Under the pieces are notes generated by a model. It made no database searches and was not told where the DNA came from. It saw only the letters and a list, made by a program, of their open reading frames with translations. Shown one piece after another: positions 20,030 to 29,530 of a DNA stretch of 64,000 bases. The DNA lies in the NCBI GenBank assembly GCA_943787465.1, contig CALSMN010000006.1:205105-269104 (forward strand), given 5' to 3'. The position numbers and the translations under genes were made by a program. Origin of the DNA: an uncultured Bacteroidia bacterium (GTDB lineage Bacteria; Bacteroidota; Bacteroidia; NS11-12g; UBA9320). Every line of letters begins with the position of its first letter. Within the stretch, counting starts at the first letter, position 1.

Positions 20030-20790
20030 CGTTTTTTAATAATTACGGGCTTATACATTCTTAAATTCAGTAACTTCTGTGCACTCCCATCTCTGAGGGA
20101 AATCGATAAATAATCCCGAGCATTGTAGTAGGCATAAATATCTCCAGACTTAAATCCAGACAAATCCTCGTAAATTTTAGATAATTCATAGTGTCTAGAA
20201 AGCATGATTATAAAATTTTGATTCGAAAAATATTTCGCTACATCATCTCTTGTAATATTTGTAAAAACATTTCCCATATTATCAATACACAATACACATC
20301 CTGCTAATTCATCATTGACATATGACGGCTTAATGAGTGTTTGTTTATCAACGGTGGTTGCTATAGTTAAAAAATCGTTTAATGATTTTCCTGATATAAT
20401 TTCTTTAATCACAGGTAAATAAATGTGGTGAATTTCAGTGATTCCATCCAAGTTGGGTATGCGATAATATGTGTCATAATCTTCCCCGAAGATGAGGCTT
20501 AAAATACCATTATTTGCTGCCAAAAAGTAATGCCCTTTGAATTGAGCAATGATATGATAATCATAAGAATAAGCAATCGTACCTAGAGCTATCACATGAA
20601 AACTTCCAATAGGGAAATTCTCGAAAACGAGATTACTCAGGTAGGCTGCTTCAACATTTTTATTTTCAAATATTTGGTTATTGATTTCAATAAAAGGAAG
20701 TCCTATACCCTGCTTATACATAGCTCCCTGAAAAGAGGCTGTGTAATGAGATCCTTGTCCAAATTCACTTAAAAAAGTTAGTACGTTCAA
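20026..20790 (-). CDS. SAM hydroxide adenosyltransferase family protein (DUF62; fluorinase/chlorinase-like fold)
   Basis: N-terminal VLTFLSEFGQGSHYTASFQGAMYK (family consensus ITLTTDFG..Y.G.MKGV) and FPIGSFHVIALGT (family consensus FP.GTVHV.VVDPGVG). Confidence 0.6.
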   Translation of the reverse strand: MNVLTFLSEFGQGSHYTASFQGAMYKQGIGLPFIEINNQIFENKNVEAAYLSNLVFENFPIGSFHVIALGTIAYSYDYHIIAQFKGHYFLAANNGILSLIFGEDYDTYYRIPNLDGITEIHHIYLPVIKEIISGKSLNDFLTIATTVDKQTLIKPSYVNDELAGCVLCIDNMGNVFTNITRDDVAKYFSNQNFIIMLSRHYELSKIYEDLSGFKSGDIYAYYNARDYLSISLRDGSAQKLLNLRMYKPVIIKKR

Positions 20791-20857
20791 TTTTAGAATA
20801 TTTAACTAATTTAGCAGACGAAAATAACATCTCAACCTAACATTTGTATCATAGACT

Positions 20858-21811
20858 TTGATAGAAAAGAAATATTTAATAGACGGCATCGATCATTTCC
20901 GATTTTTTGGTCCGTACAACAGTCATTTTAAAGTTTACAAAGAAAAATATCCCAAACTCAAACTTTCCTCACGTGGAGACACCATTACTATTGTCGGAGA
21001 AGCACCTGATGTTGAGGAATTTGTCACTGCTGTAGAGTCCATTGTGAAATATTTAAAATTAAACAATAAAGTTACTCTTGGGGATATTGAACGATTGGTT
21101 ATTGGAGAAGAAAATAGTAAAAATGGGGCATCTCAATCAGAAAAAGGGATTATTATTCATGGTCAGGGAGGTAAAATCATTACAGCTCGTACCAAAAATC
21201 AACAGTCTTTGGTTGATCAAGTATATCAAAATGATTTAGTATTTGCCATTGGTCCGGCCGGAACTGGAAAAACATACACTGCAGTAGCATTGGCTGTAAA
21301 AGCATTGAAAAATAAAGAAGTAAAAAAGATAGTGCTTTGTCGACCTGCTGTTGAAGCGGGAGAAAGTCTTGGTTTTTTACCTGGAGATATGAAAGATAAG
21401 GTAGATCCCTATTTAAGACCCTTATATGATGCATTGGGCGATATGATACCTATTGAAAAGTATAAGGCATACATTGAAAAAGGGATTATTGAAGTTGCTC
21501 CGCTGGCTTTTATGCGTGGGCGTACCCTGAAAGATTGTTTTGCTATATTGGATGAGGGACAGAATGCCACCCATACTCAACTCAAAATGTTCCTAACTCG
21601 AATGGGACCCACATCTAAAATTGTCATCACGGGAGACCTATCCCAAGTAGATCTACCCGCTCGAGCAAAGAGTGGACTTGCTCCTGCATTGGATATGCTT
21701 AAAGCTATTGATGGTATTGGTATTGTGCGACTCAACGAAAATGACGTTGTACGGCATCGATTGGTGAAAGACATCATTCGAGCATACAACCAGTTTGAGA
21801 AAAAAGACTAA
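20858..21811 (+). CDS. phoH: PhoH-family ATPase
   Basis: Walker A GPAGTGKTYTAVALAV, DEGQN Walker B; 317 aa; TTG start. Confidence 0.9.
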   Translation: MIEKKYLIDGIDHFRFFGPYNSHFKVYKEKYPKLKLSSRGDTITIVGEAPDVEEFVTAVESIVKYLKLNNKVTLGDIERLVIGEENSKNGASQSEKGIIIHGQGGKIITARTKNQQSLVDQVYQNDLVFAIGPAGTGKTYTAVALAVKALKNKEVKKIVLCRPAVEAGESLGFLPGDMKDKVDPYLRPLYDALGDMIPIEKYKAYIEKGIIEVAPLAFMRGRTLKDCFAILDEGQNATHTQLKMFLTRMGPTSKIVITGDLSQVDLPARAKSGLAPALDMLKAIDGIGIVRLNENDVVRHRLVKDIIRAYNQFEKKD

Positions 21812-21887
21812 AAGTTCATATTCGACTTTAACTCACCCATAGAAACAGCTATTTCTATGGTAAAATGTATATTTGACTTTCAAACCA

Positions 21888-22544
21888 ATGTTGAACAAAC
21901 TCAAACATAACAAAATATCACTTCTACTTTTTTTGCTTTTCTTAACTTCCTGTAAAAAGGAAAAATTATACCCACCTCCTTGTCCAAATGGGTGTGAGTC
22001 TAATCAGTATCTTATATATAAAAATGATACTATTCAGATGAATAATGATGGTTTTTATAGAATAAAATGGGAGGGTTTAAACTATTTTCAATTAAAAGGA
22101 AACCTATCTGATCTAGACCCACAATATGTTATCAACAAGGTCCCTTTAGTTGTGACTAATTATGATACCGATTACTGGATTACAAATAATGGTATCCTAT
22201 TTCGTACAGTTCAAGATAAGTATTTAGGCTGGTTTTATGATGATAATTTTAACACGCCAGTCGTCATTAGAAATCAAACATATACCTGGAAGGATGCAGC
22301 GAAAATATATCAACCATTAAATATAGCAGGTTATCAAATACCTAAATATTTTTGTTTTGATTGCCCTTATGCTCCAACAATTATTGGAACTTCATCCGCA
22401 TATACGTATGAACCCACCCAAAATATTCGATTAAATAAAGAAATGATTGGAGATACGCTAAATGTATATACTGAGACCTGGTTCAATACAGATGTTGGGG
22501 AAAGAGAAATCAAAGAGAATAGCTTTAACATAATTGTAGAATAA
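21888..22544 (+). CDS. Hypothetical lipoprotein with Cys pairs
   Basis: Lipobox LLFLLFLTSC. Cys motifs CPNGCES and CFDCPY. No identifiable family. Confidence 0.45.
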   Translation: MLNKLKHNKISLLLFLLFLTSCKKEKLYPPPCPNGCESNQYLIYKNDTIQMNNDGFYRIKWEGLNYFQLKGNLSDLDPQYVINKVPLVVTNYDTDYWITNNGILFRTVQDKYLGWFYDDNFNTPVVIRNQTYTWKDAAKIYQPLNIAGYQIPKYFCFDCPYAPTIIGTSSAYTYEPTQNIRLNKEMIGDTLNVYTETWFNTDVGEREIKENSFNIIVE

Positions 22545-22749
22545 ATTATACTCATTATACTAAGCAATCCAACTTATGGTCAACTTTTGTGAATAAAAAA
22601 ATAACCTCAATCAAAAAAAGTTTACTCCATTTTTATCAAACATAAGTATCTCATAAACAGATCTTTAAAAAACTTAAGAAAAGCTATTTGAAAACCTTCT
22701 AAATTGAAAAAATCTACTTCCAATAAAATGTCCATTTTTATTGCATAAT

Positions 22750-22757
22750 TATATTTG
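22750..22757 (+). promoter_or_regulatory. Candidate sigmaA -7 element (TATATTTG) for the act operon
   Basis: Matches Bacteroidetes TAnnTTTG 32 nt upstream of actA. Sits in a 244-nt AT-rich intergenic region. Confidence 0.3.
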
Positions 22758-22788
22758 CAACTACTTACATTTGACGCACTAAATTGTA

Positions 22789-23718
22789 ATGCACACATCA
22801 AAAAAACAAATCGTCTTTACGAGTATTTTTTTAACCACAAGCACCCTATCATATTCAACCAATAATATGTCATCATTTTATTCAGAATCTACGTTCATCG
22901 CGTTGATTATCTTGTCTGTAGTTTTAGTAGCTATAACTGCACTTTTGTTCGGTATCAAAAAACATTTAACATCGCTAAATAACGAAAAGAATAGTGAAGA
23001 TGTTGAACCCTCTTTTTATGTACGTAAAATTCAACCTATTCTTCAATCTTGGAATCCTACCATAGCCACATTGGTTATTGCTACAGGTGTGCTGCTATTT
23101 CTTGGTGCATTTGGCTATAAGTTTGGCATGGAGGAAGTTGGAGTCCAACAAGGATATGCCCCTACTCAACCCATCAACTTTTCCCACAAAATTCATGCAG
23201 GTCAATATGAAATGGACTGCAAATACTGCCATAGTACGGTAGAAAAATCGAAATCAGCGAGTATACCATCTTTGAATACTTGTATGAATTGCCATAAATA
23301 TGTAAAAGCTGAAGAAAAATATAACGGTAAAACTTCACCAGAAATACAAAAAATATATGATGCCATTGGTTTTGATGGAGAGAATATGGAATATATCGAA
23401 GGTTACGAACAAAAACCAATTGAATGGGTTAGGATTCATAATCTGCCTGATTTAGCTTACTTTAACCACTCACAACATGTCGTTGTAGGAAAAGTCGAAT
23501 GTCAAACATGTCATGGTCCTGTTGAAGAAATGGAAAAAGTATATCAATATTCAACACTACAAATGAATTGGTGTATTGATTGTCATCGTGAACGGAGTAT
23601 TGATACTGAAAACAACGATTACTATGAAGAAGCTCACAAGAATATGTTAGCCGAAGGAAAAGATTACATCACGGTTGCCGAGAATGGCGGTCTTGAGTGT
23701 AGTAAATGTCACTATTAA
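22789..23718 (+). CDS. actA: Alternative complex III subunit ActA (membrane-anchored pentahaem cytochrome c)
   Basis: Two N-terminal TM helices; five CxxCH motifs (CKYCH, CMNCH, CQTCH, CIDCH, CSKCH). Confidence 0.8.
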   Translation: MHTSKKQIVFTSIFLTTSTLSYSTNNMSSFYSESTFIALIILSVVLVAITALLFGIKKHLTSLNNEKNSEDVEPSFYVRKIQPILQSWNPTIATLVIATGVLLFLGAFGYKFGMEEVGVQQGYAPTQPINFSHKIHAGQYEMDCKYCHSTVEKSKSASIPSLNTCMNCHKYVKAEEKYNGKTSPEIQKIYDAIGFDGENMEYIEGYEQKPIEWVRIHNLPDLAYFNHSQHVVVGKVECQTCHGPVEEMEKVYQYSTLQMNWCIDCHRERSIDTENNDYYEEAHKNMLAEGKDYITVAENGGLECSKCHY

Positions 23719-23745
23719 TTAAAAGGACCCAATAGAATATAAATT

Positions 23746-26700
23746 ATGTCTTCAAATAATTACTGGAAAGGGATAGAAGAACTTGATCAAACGCAAGAAT
23801 TTGTTTCAACCAACGAAAATGAATTTTCAGAAGGCCTGCCCTTAGAGCAAGTTTTCTCCAATGATGACTCCACAAGAGCCAATCGAAGAGACTTTCTGAA
23901 ATATTTCGGATTTGGACTAGGAGCAGTAACGCTTGCTGCTTGTAACAAAACTCCTATCAAAAAAGCAATACCCTACGTTGAAAAACCCGATCAAGTAACC
24001 CCTGGTGTACCTTTATACTACGCAAGTAGTTCTGTAAGCAATGAAGAAGGGTTTCCTATCTTGGTAAAAGTAAGGGAAGGTAGACCTATCAAATTTGAGC
24101 CTAATAAAGAAGCTACCTACTTTGGTGGAGGTTTAGATGGTTTAGGCCACTCCGCCCTACTATCATTGTATGACACCAATCGACTTAAAGGTGCGATGGT
24201 TTTCGGCAAAAGAAAAACCCAAGATTGGAAAAGTTTTGATAAAACCATTATTGCAGAATTAGACAAAGTGTCTGCTGCTGGCAAGTCAATAGCTATTGTT
24301 CGTGGAGGAAGTACCAGTATTGTAATAAATGAGGCTATCCAAGCTTTTTCTGATAAATATCCCTCAACTCAAGTAATAAAATATAACCCTATCTCCTACT
24401 CTGGAATTACTCGAGCGAATCATGCATCATTCAATCAAGCTGTTATTCCTGCCTACAATTTTGACCAAGCTGATGTTATTGTTAGTTTTGGTGCAGACTT
24501 TTTAGGAACATGGATTAGCCCAATCAAGTTCCATTCAGATTACAGTAAAAATCGAGTTCCAAAGGATGGTAAAATGTCAAAGCATTTTCAGTTTGAATCT
24601 CTAATGAGTTTATCTGGTAGTAATGCTGATGTACGTGTTCCTATTAAAATGAGTAATGTTAGTCAACATTTAATTGCATTATATAGAGAATTAGGCGGGA
24701 ATACACCACATCAAGGCATGGAAGTGGCAGGTAATAATATAAAAGCTGCTGCCAAAGAACTAAAACTAGCCGGTAAAAGAAGTTTGGTAGTTTGTGGAAG
24801 CAACAATGAAGCTGATCAAATGATGGTAAATGCCATCAATATGATGCTTGGAAACTATGGCACTACCATAGATCTTTCCAATTACTATAATGGTCAACTT
24901 GCAGACGAAGCAGCGTTCAATGGCTTTATTCAAGAAGCTCTATCTGGGAAATATGGTGCAGTAATTACACTCGATGCAAATCCTGTTTATTCTCATCCGG
25001 ATGCTGAAAATGCGTTCTCGAAAATACCTGTTAGAATCAGTACTGCTATTACCGCTGACGAAACTACTACCAATGCGACCCATGTCGCCACCAATTTACA
25101 TCCTTTAGAAAGTTGGGATATTAAACAACCCTACAAAGGAAGGTTTATTATGTCTCAACCTACTATATCCCCTGTTTTTGAAGGAAGACACGCAGCAAGT
25201 TCATTATTGTCTTGGACAGGTGTAAATGTAGCCGACAAAAAAGACATCTCTCATGCATATACCTATACAAAACAAGTTTTTGATCGTGTTATTGGGGGTG
25301 ATTTTAATGAGGCTATTGAACGGGGTATCGTAGAGAAAATTATACCTGTAGCTACCCCCTCATTTAATATTACAGGTGGTGTAATTGCCGATCAACTTTC
25401 ATCTAAGAAAGGATCAGCTACTGAACTCATTCTATATCAAAAAGTAGGTGTACGTGATGGTGCATATGGGAATACACCATGGGCACACGAAATGCCTGAT
25501 CCTGTATCTAAAGTCACATGGGATAATTATCTTTCTATGTCTATGCCAGATGCTAAAGCCAACGGTTTTGTAACTGGAGATGTAGTTTCAATCAAAACTT
25601 CTTCCGGCAGTATTGAGCTTCCTATTTTGATACAACCCGGACAAGCAAAGTCTACTTATGGTATTGCCTTAGGTTATGGAAGACAACTCCCTGAGGATGT
25701 TAAAAATGACCTGAAAGATTTGGGTAAAAATGCTTATCCCCTCATAGATATGAAAGACGGTTATGCCAATTTTATATCAAAAGATGTAAGTATAACTAAA
25801 GTGGATGGTGCTAAATTATATGAATTTGGAATTACTCAAACACATTATTCCATCGAAGGTAGAGATATAATTCGTGAAGCTAGTATTGAAGAATATAGAA
25901 AAGATCCAAAAGCAGGCAGTTATGTTCACAAACCCAAAATGATATCACTTTGGGATGATTATGATTATTCAAAAGGACATCACTGGGCTATGGCTATCGA
26001 CCTAAACTCTTGTACTGGTTGTAGTGCTTGTATTGTAAGTTGTAGTATTGAAAATAACGTTCCTATTGTTGGTAGAGATGAAGTTCGCCGAAGACGAGAA
26101 ATGCACTGGTTGCGCATTGATCGGTATTATAGCTTTGAAGCTCCTACTAAAAAAGATCTTAATTTAAGTATTGTTCACGGTGGAGACCAAACAGTTGAAG
26201 CAGGTGATTTAATGACTCAGGAAAAGGTAATGGAGGCTTATAGTGCTGACTCAGACACTGAAACAGCCTACGATTATTATCAAAATGTACGTGTTGCCCA
26301 CCAACCCATGATGTGTCAACATTGCGACAATGCTCCCTGCGAGACGGTATGCCCGGTATTAGCCACTACCCACAGTAGCGAAGGTCTGAATCAAATGACC
26401 TACAATCGTTGTATTGGAACAAAATATTGCGGCAATAACTGTCCTTATAAAGTCCGACGATTTAACTGGTTTAGATACAACGAAAACGAAAAATTTGATT
26501 ACCATTTCAGTAATGATTTAGGTAAGATGGTTATTAATCCAGATGTCACCGTTCGTTCTCGTGGGGTGATGGAGAAATGTAGTTTCTGTGTTCAACGAAT
26601 TCAATCAGCTAAATTGAGCGCTAAACGCGATAATCGTAAAATGAATACTGACGAGTTTACCACTGCATGTGCTCAAACTTGTCCTTCTAATGCGATTATT

Positions 26701-26856
26701 TTTGGTGACTTAAATGATAAGAACAGCGAGATTGCTAAATTATATCAAAATGATCGATCGTATCATGTACTTGAAGAATTAGGGATTAAACCAAGTGTTC
26801 AATACATGACTAAAATAAGAAATATTAAAAAATCAAATAACCAAACAGCACATTAA
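23746..26856 (+). CDS. actB: Alternative complex III subunit ActB (Tat-exported molybdopterin-oxidoreductase-like domain fused to a 4x[Fe-S] ferredoxin domain)
   Basis: Tat motif RRDFLKYFGFGLGAV; 1036 aa; Cys clusters CTGCSACIVSC, CQHCDNAPCETVCP, CIGTKYCGNNCPYK, CSFCVQRIQ. Confidence 0.85.
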   Translation: MSSNNYWKGIEELDQTQEFVSTNENEFSEGLPLEQVFSNDDSTRANRRDFLKYFGFGLGAVTLAACNKTPIKKAIPYVEKPDQVTPGVPLYYASSSVSNEEGFPILVKVREGRPIKFEPNKEATYFGGGLDGLGHSALLSLYDTNRLKGAMVFGKRKTQDWKSFDKTIIAELDKVSAAGKSIAIVRGGSTSIVINEAIQAFSDKYPSTQVIKYNPISYSGITRANHASFNQAVIPAYNFDQADVIVSFGADFLGTWISPIKFHSDYSKNRVPKDGKMSKHFQFESLMSLSGSNADVRVPIKMSNVSQHLIALYRELGGNTPHQGMEVAGNNIKAAAKELKLAGKRSLVVCGSNNEADQMMVNAINMMLGNYGTTIDLSNYYNGQLADEAAFNGFIQEALSGKYGAVITLDANPVYSHPDAENAFSKIPVRISTAITADETTTNATHVATNLHPLESWDIKQPYKGRFIMSQPTISPVFEGRHAASSLLSWTGVNVADKKDISHAYTYTKQVFDRVIGGDFNEAIERGIVEKIIPVATPSFNITGGVIADQLSSKKGSATELILYQKVGVRDGAYGNTPWAHEMPDPVSKVTWDNYLSMSMPDAKANGFVTGDVVSIKTSSGSIELPILIQPGQAKSTYGIALGYGRQLPEDVKNDLKDLGKNAYPLIDMKDGYANFISKDVSITKVDGAKLYEFGITQTHYSIEGRDIIREASIEEYRKDPKAGSYVHKPKMISLWDDYDYSKGHHWAMAIDLNSCTGCSACIVSCSIENNVPIVGRDEVRRRREMHWLRIDRYYSFEAPTKKDLNLSIVHGGDQTVEAGDLMTQEKVMEAYSADSDTETAYDYYQNVRVAHQPMMCQHCDNAPCETVCPVLATTHSSEGLNQMTYNRCIGTKYCGNNCPYKVRRFNWFRYNENEKFDYHFSNDLGKMVINPDVTVRSRGVMEKCSFCVQRIQSAKLSAKRDNRKMNTDEFTTACAQTCPSNAIIFGDLNDKNSEIAKLYQNDRSYHVLEELGIKPSVQYMTKIRNIKKSNNQTAH

Positions 26857-26860
26857 AAGC

Positions 26861-28207
26861 ATGTATACAGCAGATATAAGACAACCGCTTGTAACAGGCG
26901 GAAAAACGTATTCAGATGTTACACAGGACGTCTGTAGACCGATTGAGAACAAACCAACACCTTCATGGTGGCTAGGATTCTCTATCGCCGTAGTATTATT
27001 TCTTTTATTAGCAGGAACTTTAGCATGGACTGTTTGGGAAGGAATCGGCACATGGAATGTAAATAAATCAGTTATGTGGGGATGGGATATCACCAACTTT
27101 GTATTTTGGGTTGGTATTGGGCATGCAGGGACACTTATTTCTGCTATTCTTTTATTATTTAGACAAAAATGGAGAATGGCCATCAACAGATCAGCCGAGG
27201 CAATGACCATATTTGCTGTTTTCTGTGCCGCAATATTTCCTTTATTTCACATGGGTCGTGTGTGGCTTGGTTATTGGCCACTTCCACTGCCCAATGCTTT
27301 TGGTTCATTATGGGTGAACTTCAACTCTCCACTGCTTTGGGATGTATTTGCTATTTCAACATATCTATCGGTATCTCTGGTTTTTTGGTACTTAGGGCTC
27401 ATACCTGACATCGCTACTGTGAGAGATCGTGCAACTTCAAAAGCTAGAAAATTTTGGTATGGATTCTTTGCTATGGGATGGAATGGTTCTGCAAAGTCGT
27501 GGGGAAGATATGAGGTGGTTGCTTTAATACTTGCAGGTATATCCACCCCACTCGTTTTATCCGTGCACACCATTGTATCTATGGACTTTGCAACATCCGT
27601 TATTCCTGGATGGCACACAACCATTTTCCCTCCATACTTTGTTGCTGGAGCTATATTCTCCGGTTTTGGAATGGTACTTACTTTATTGCTTATTGCAAGA
27701 CATGTAATGAACTATCAAGATTATATTACTACGGAGCATTTAGAAGCTATGACTAAAGTTATCTTATTAACTGGATCTATTGTCGGTTTGGCTTATATCA
27801 CAGAATTTGTAATCGCTGCCTATTCTGGTTATGAATATGAACAATATGCATTCGCCAACCGAATGTTTGGACCCTATGCTTGGGCTTATTGGACCATGAT
27901 GTTTTGTAACCTCATGGCACCGCAAGTATTTTGGAGTAAGTGGGCAAGGACAACACCTTGGTTTATTTTCATTATTTCTATTATTGTAAATATTGGGATG
28001 TGGTTCGAACGATTTGTAATTATTGTTACATCACTCCACCGTGATTTCCTACCTAGTAGCTGGGTAATGTATCACGCTACTTGGGTTGAAGTAGGTATTT
28101 TCCTAGGAACATTTGGTTTATTCTTTACATGTTTCTTCTTATTTGCTAAATTCTTGCCGGTAATCAACATGGCAGAAGTTAAAACTATCATTAAAGACAA
28201 AGAGTAA
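26861..28207 (+). CDS. actC: Alternative complex III subunit ActC (NrfD/PsrC-like polytopic quinol-binding membrane subunit)
   Basis: 448 aa with about 10 TM helices; position in the operon. Confidence 0.8.
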   Translation: MYTADIRQPLVTGGKTYSDVTQDVCRPIENKPTPSWWLGFSIAVVLFLLLAGTLAWTVWEGIGTWNVNKSVMWGWDITNFVFWVGIGHAGTLISAILLLFRQKWRMAINRSAEAMTIFAVFCAAIFPLFHMGRVWLGYWPLPLPNAFGSLWVNFNSPLLWDVFAISTYLSVSLVFWYLGLIPDIATVRDRATSKARKFWYGFFAMGWNGSAKSWGRYEVVALILAGISTPLVLSVHTIVSMDFATSVIPGWHTTIFPPYFVAGAIFSGFGMVLTLLLIARHVMNYQDYITTEHLEAMTKVILLTGSIVGLAYITEFVIAAYSGYEYEQYAFANRMFGPYAWAYWTMMFCNLMAPQVFWSKWARTTPWFIFIISIIVNIGMWFERFVIIVTSLHRDFLPSSWVMYHATWVEVGIFLGTFGLFFTCFFLFAKFLPVINMAEVKTIIKDKE

Positions 28208-28208
28208 T

Positions 28209-28838
28209 ATGATTGATAAAAGTATATTATTAGATAATAAAAAATTTACTGTCGGAATTTTTGATAATTCCGACAAACTTCTTCACGCAGTAAAGACACT
28301 TAAAGAAAAAGGAGTAAAAATATTTGATTGCTATACACCATTTCCTGTTCATCATTTAGATCAAGCTCTAGGATACCACCGAACAAATCTTACCGTTGGC
28401 GCATTTTTGTGTGGAATGTTAGGTTGTTTGTCTGGATTTACACTAGCATTCTATATGAATGTAGTAGACTGGCCCATGATTATTGGAGGAAAACCCCAAG
28501 ATATTTCTGTGTTTACAAGTTTTATCCCTGTGATGTTTGAGTTAACCATTTTATTCACGGCGTTTGGTATGGTTATTATGTTTTTTGCACGTACACGATT
28601 AATTCACGGTATTAAAGAGGATTTATTATCTAGAAGACAAACAGATGATCACATGGTATTAGCCATTGATAATAATGAAGAACAAGCTATCAGTAACGAG
28701 GATATTGTAGCACTTTTAACTAAGGAAGGTGCAATCGAAGTTAATGCATCGAAAGAAGCATTTAATACATCACTCACCTCAGAAGAAGATTTAGCTAAAA
28801 TTCTGAATCCTGCATCAACTAAATCAAAGAAGAAATAA
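28209..28838 (+). CDS. actD: Alternative complex III subunit ActD (DUF3341 membrane protein)
   Basis: 209 aa, two central TM helices; position and size typical of ActD. Confidence 0.7.
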   Translation: MIDKSILLDNKKFTVGIFDNSDKLLHAVKTLKEKGVKIFDCYTPFPVHHLDQALGYHRTNLTVGAFLCGMLGCLSGFTLAFYMNVVDWPMIIGGKPQDISVFTSFIPVMFELTILFTAFGMVIMFFARTRLIHGIKEDLLSRRQTDDHMVLAIDNNEEQAISNEDIVALLTKEGAIEVNASKEAFNTSLTSEEDLAKILNPASTKSKKK

Positions 28839-28841
28839 ATC

Positions 28842-29504
28842 ATGAAGCTAAACCATATCATAAAATACACAGCCATTTTAGCTTTACCTATAATGAGCAT
28901 CATGTCTTGTGTAAGCTCTGGTGATAATCCAGGTATCGAGTATGCACCGAACATGTATATCTCTCAAGCTTATGAGCCCTACTCACAAGATCGAAAGTTT
29001 GCGACAAATCCTCACGGTATGACGATGCGTGAACCAGTAAATGGAACCATTGCCCGAGGTCAACTTAATTATGTATATCCTTTTCCTAATTCTGGTGATG
29101 GATACGCAGCAAGTGCCGAATTCACCGGAGATGTAGAATCTACCGAAGAAAATATCCAAGAAGGGGAACGTTTGTATAATATTTACTGTTGGCATTGTCA
29201 TGGAAAAAAAGGAAAAAATGATGGACCTATTTTCAAAGAAAAGAAAATGCCAGCTCCATCATGGCCAAACTACCAATCGGATTATATAAAAGAGTTACCC
29301 GTTGGAAAGGCATACCATACCATTACATACGGAAAAGGACTCATGGGATCTCATGCTTTTATGCTAGACCCTGAAGAACGTTGGAAAGTAATTCATTACG
29401 TTAAAACATTAGCAAATAATGTGAGCAGCTCAGCATCAACAGACACAACAAGTACCGCTGATATGACTGCAACCGATACATTAAATAGTAATTCAGTTAA
29501 CTGA
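28842..29504 (+). CDS. actE: Alternative complex III subunit ActE (monohaem cytochrome c lipoprotein-like)
   Basis: Single CWHCHG haem motif; signal peptide with Cys; C-terminal Ser/Thr-rich tail. Confidence 0.75.
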   Translation: MKLNHIIKYTAILALPIMSIMSCVSSGDNPGIEYAPNMYISQAYEPYSQDRKFATNPHGMTMREPVNGTIARGQLNYVYPFPNSGDGYAASAEFTGDVESTEENIQEGERLYNIYCWHCHGKKGKNDGPIFKEKKMPAPSWPNYQSDYIKELPVGKAYHTITYGKGLMGSHAFMLDPEERWKVIHYVKTLANNVSSSASTDTTSTADMTATDTLNSNSVN

Positions 29505-29530
29505 TCAATAAAAAAACGAAACTTAAAACC

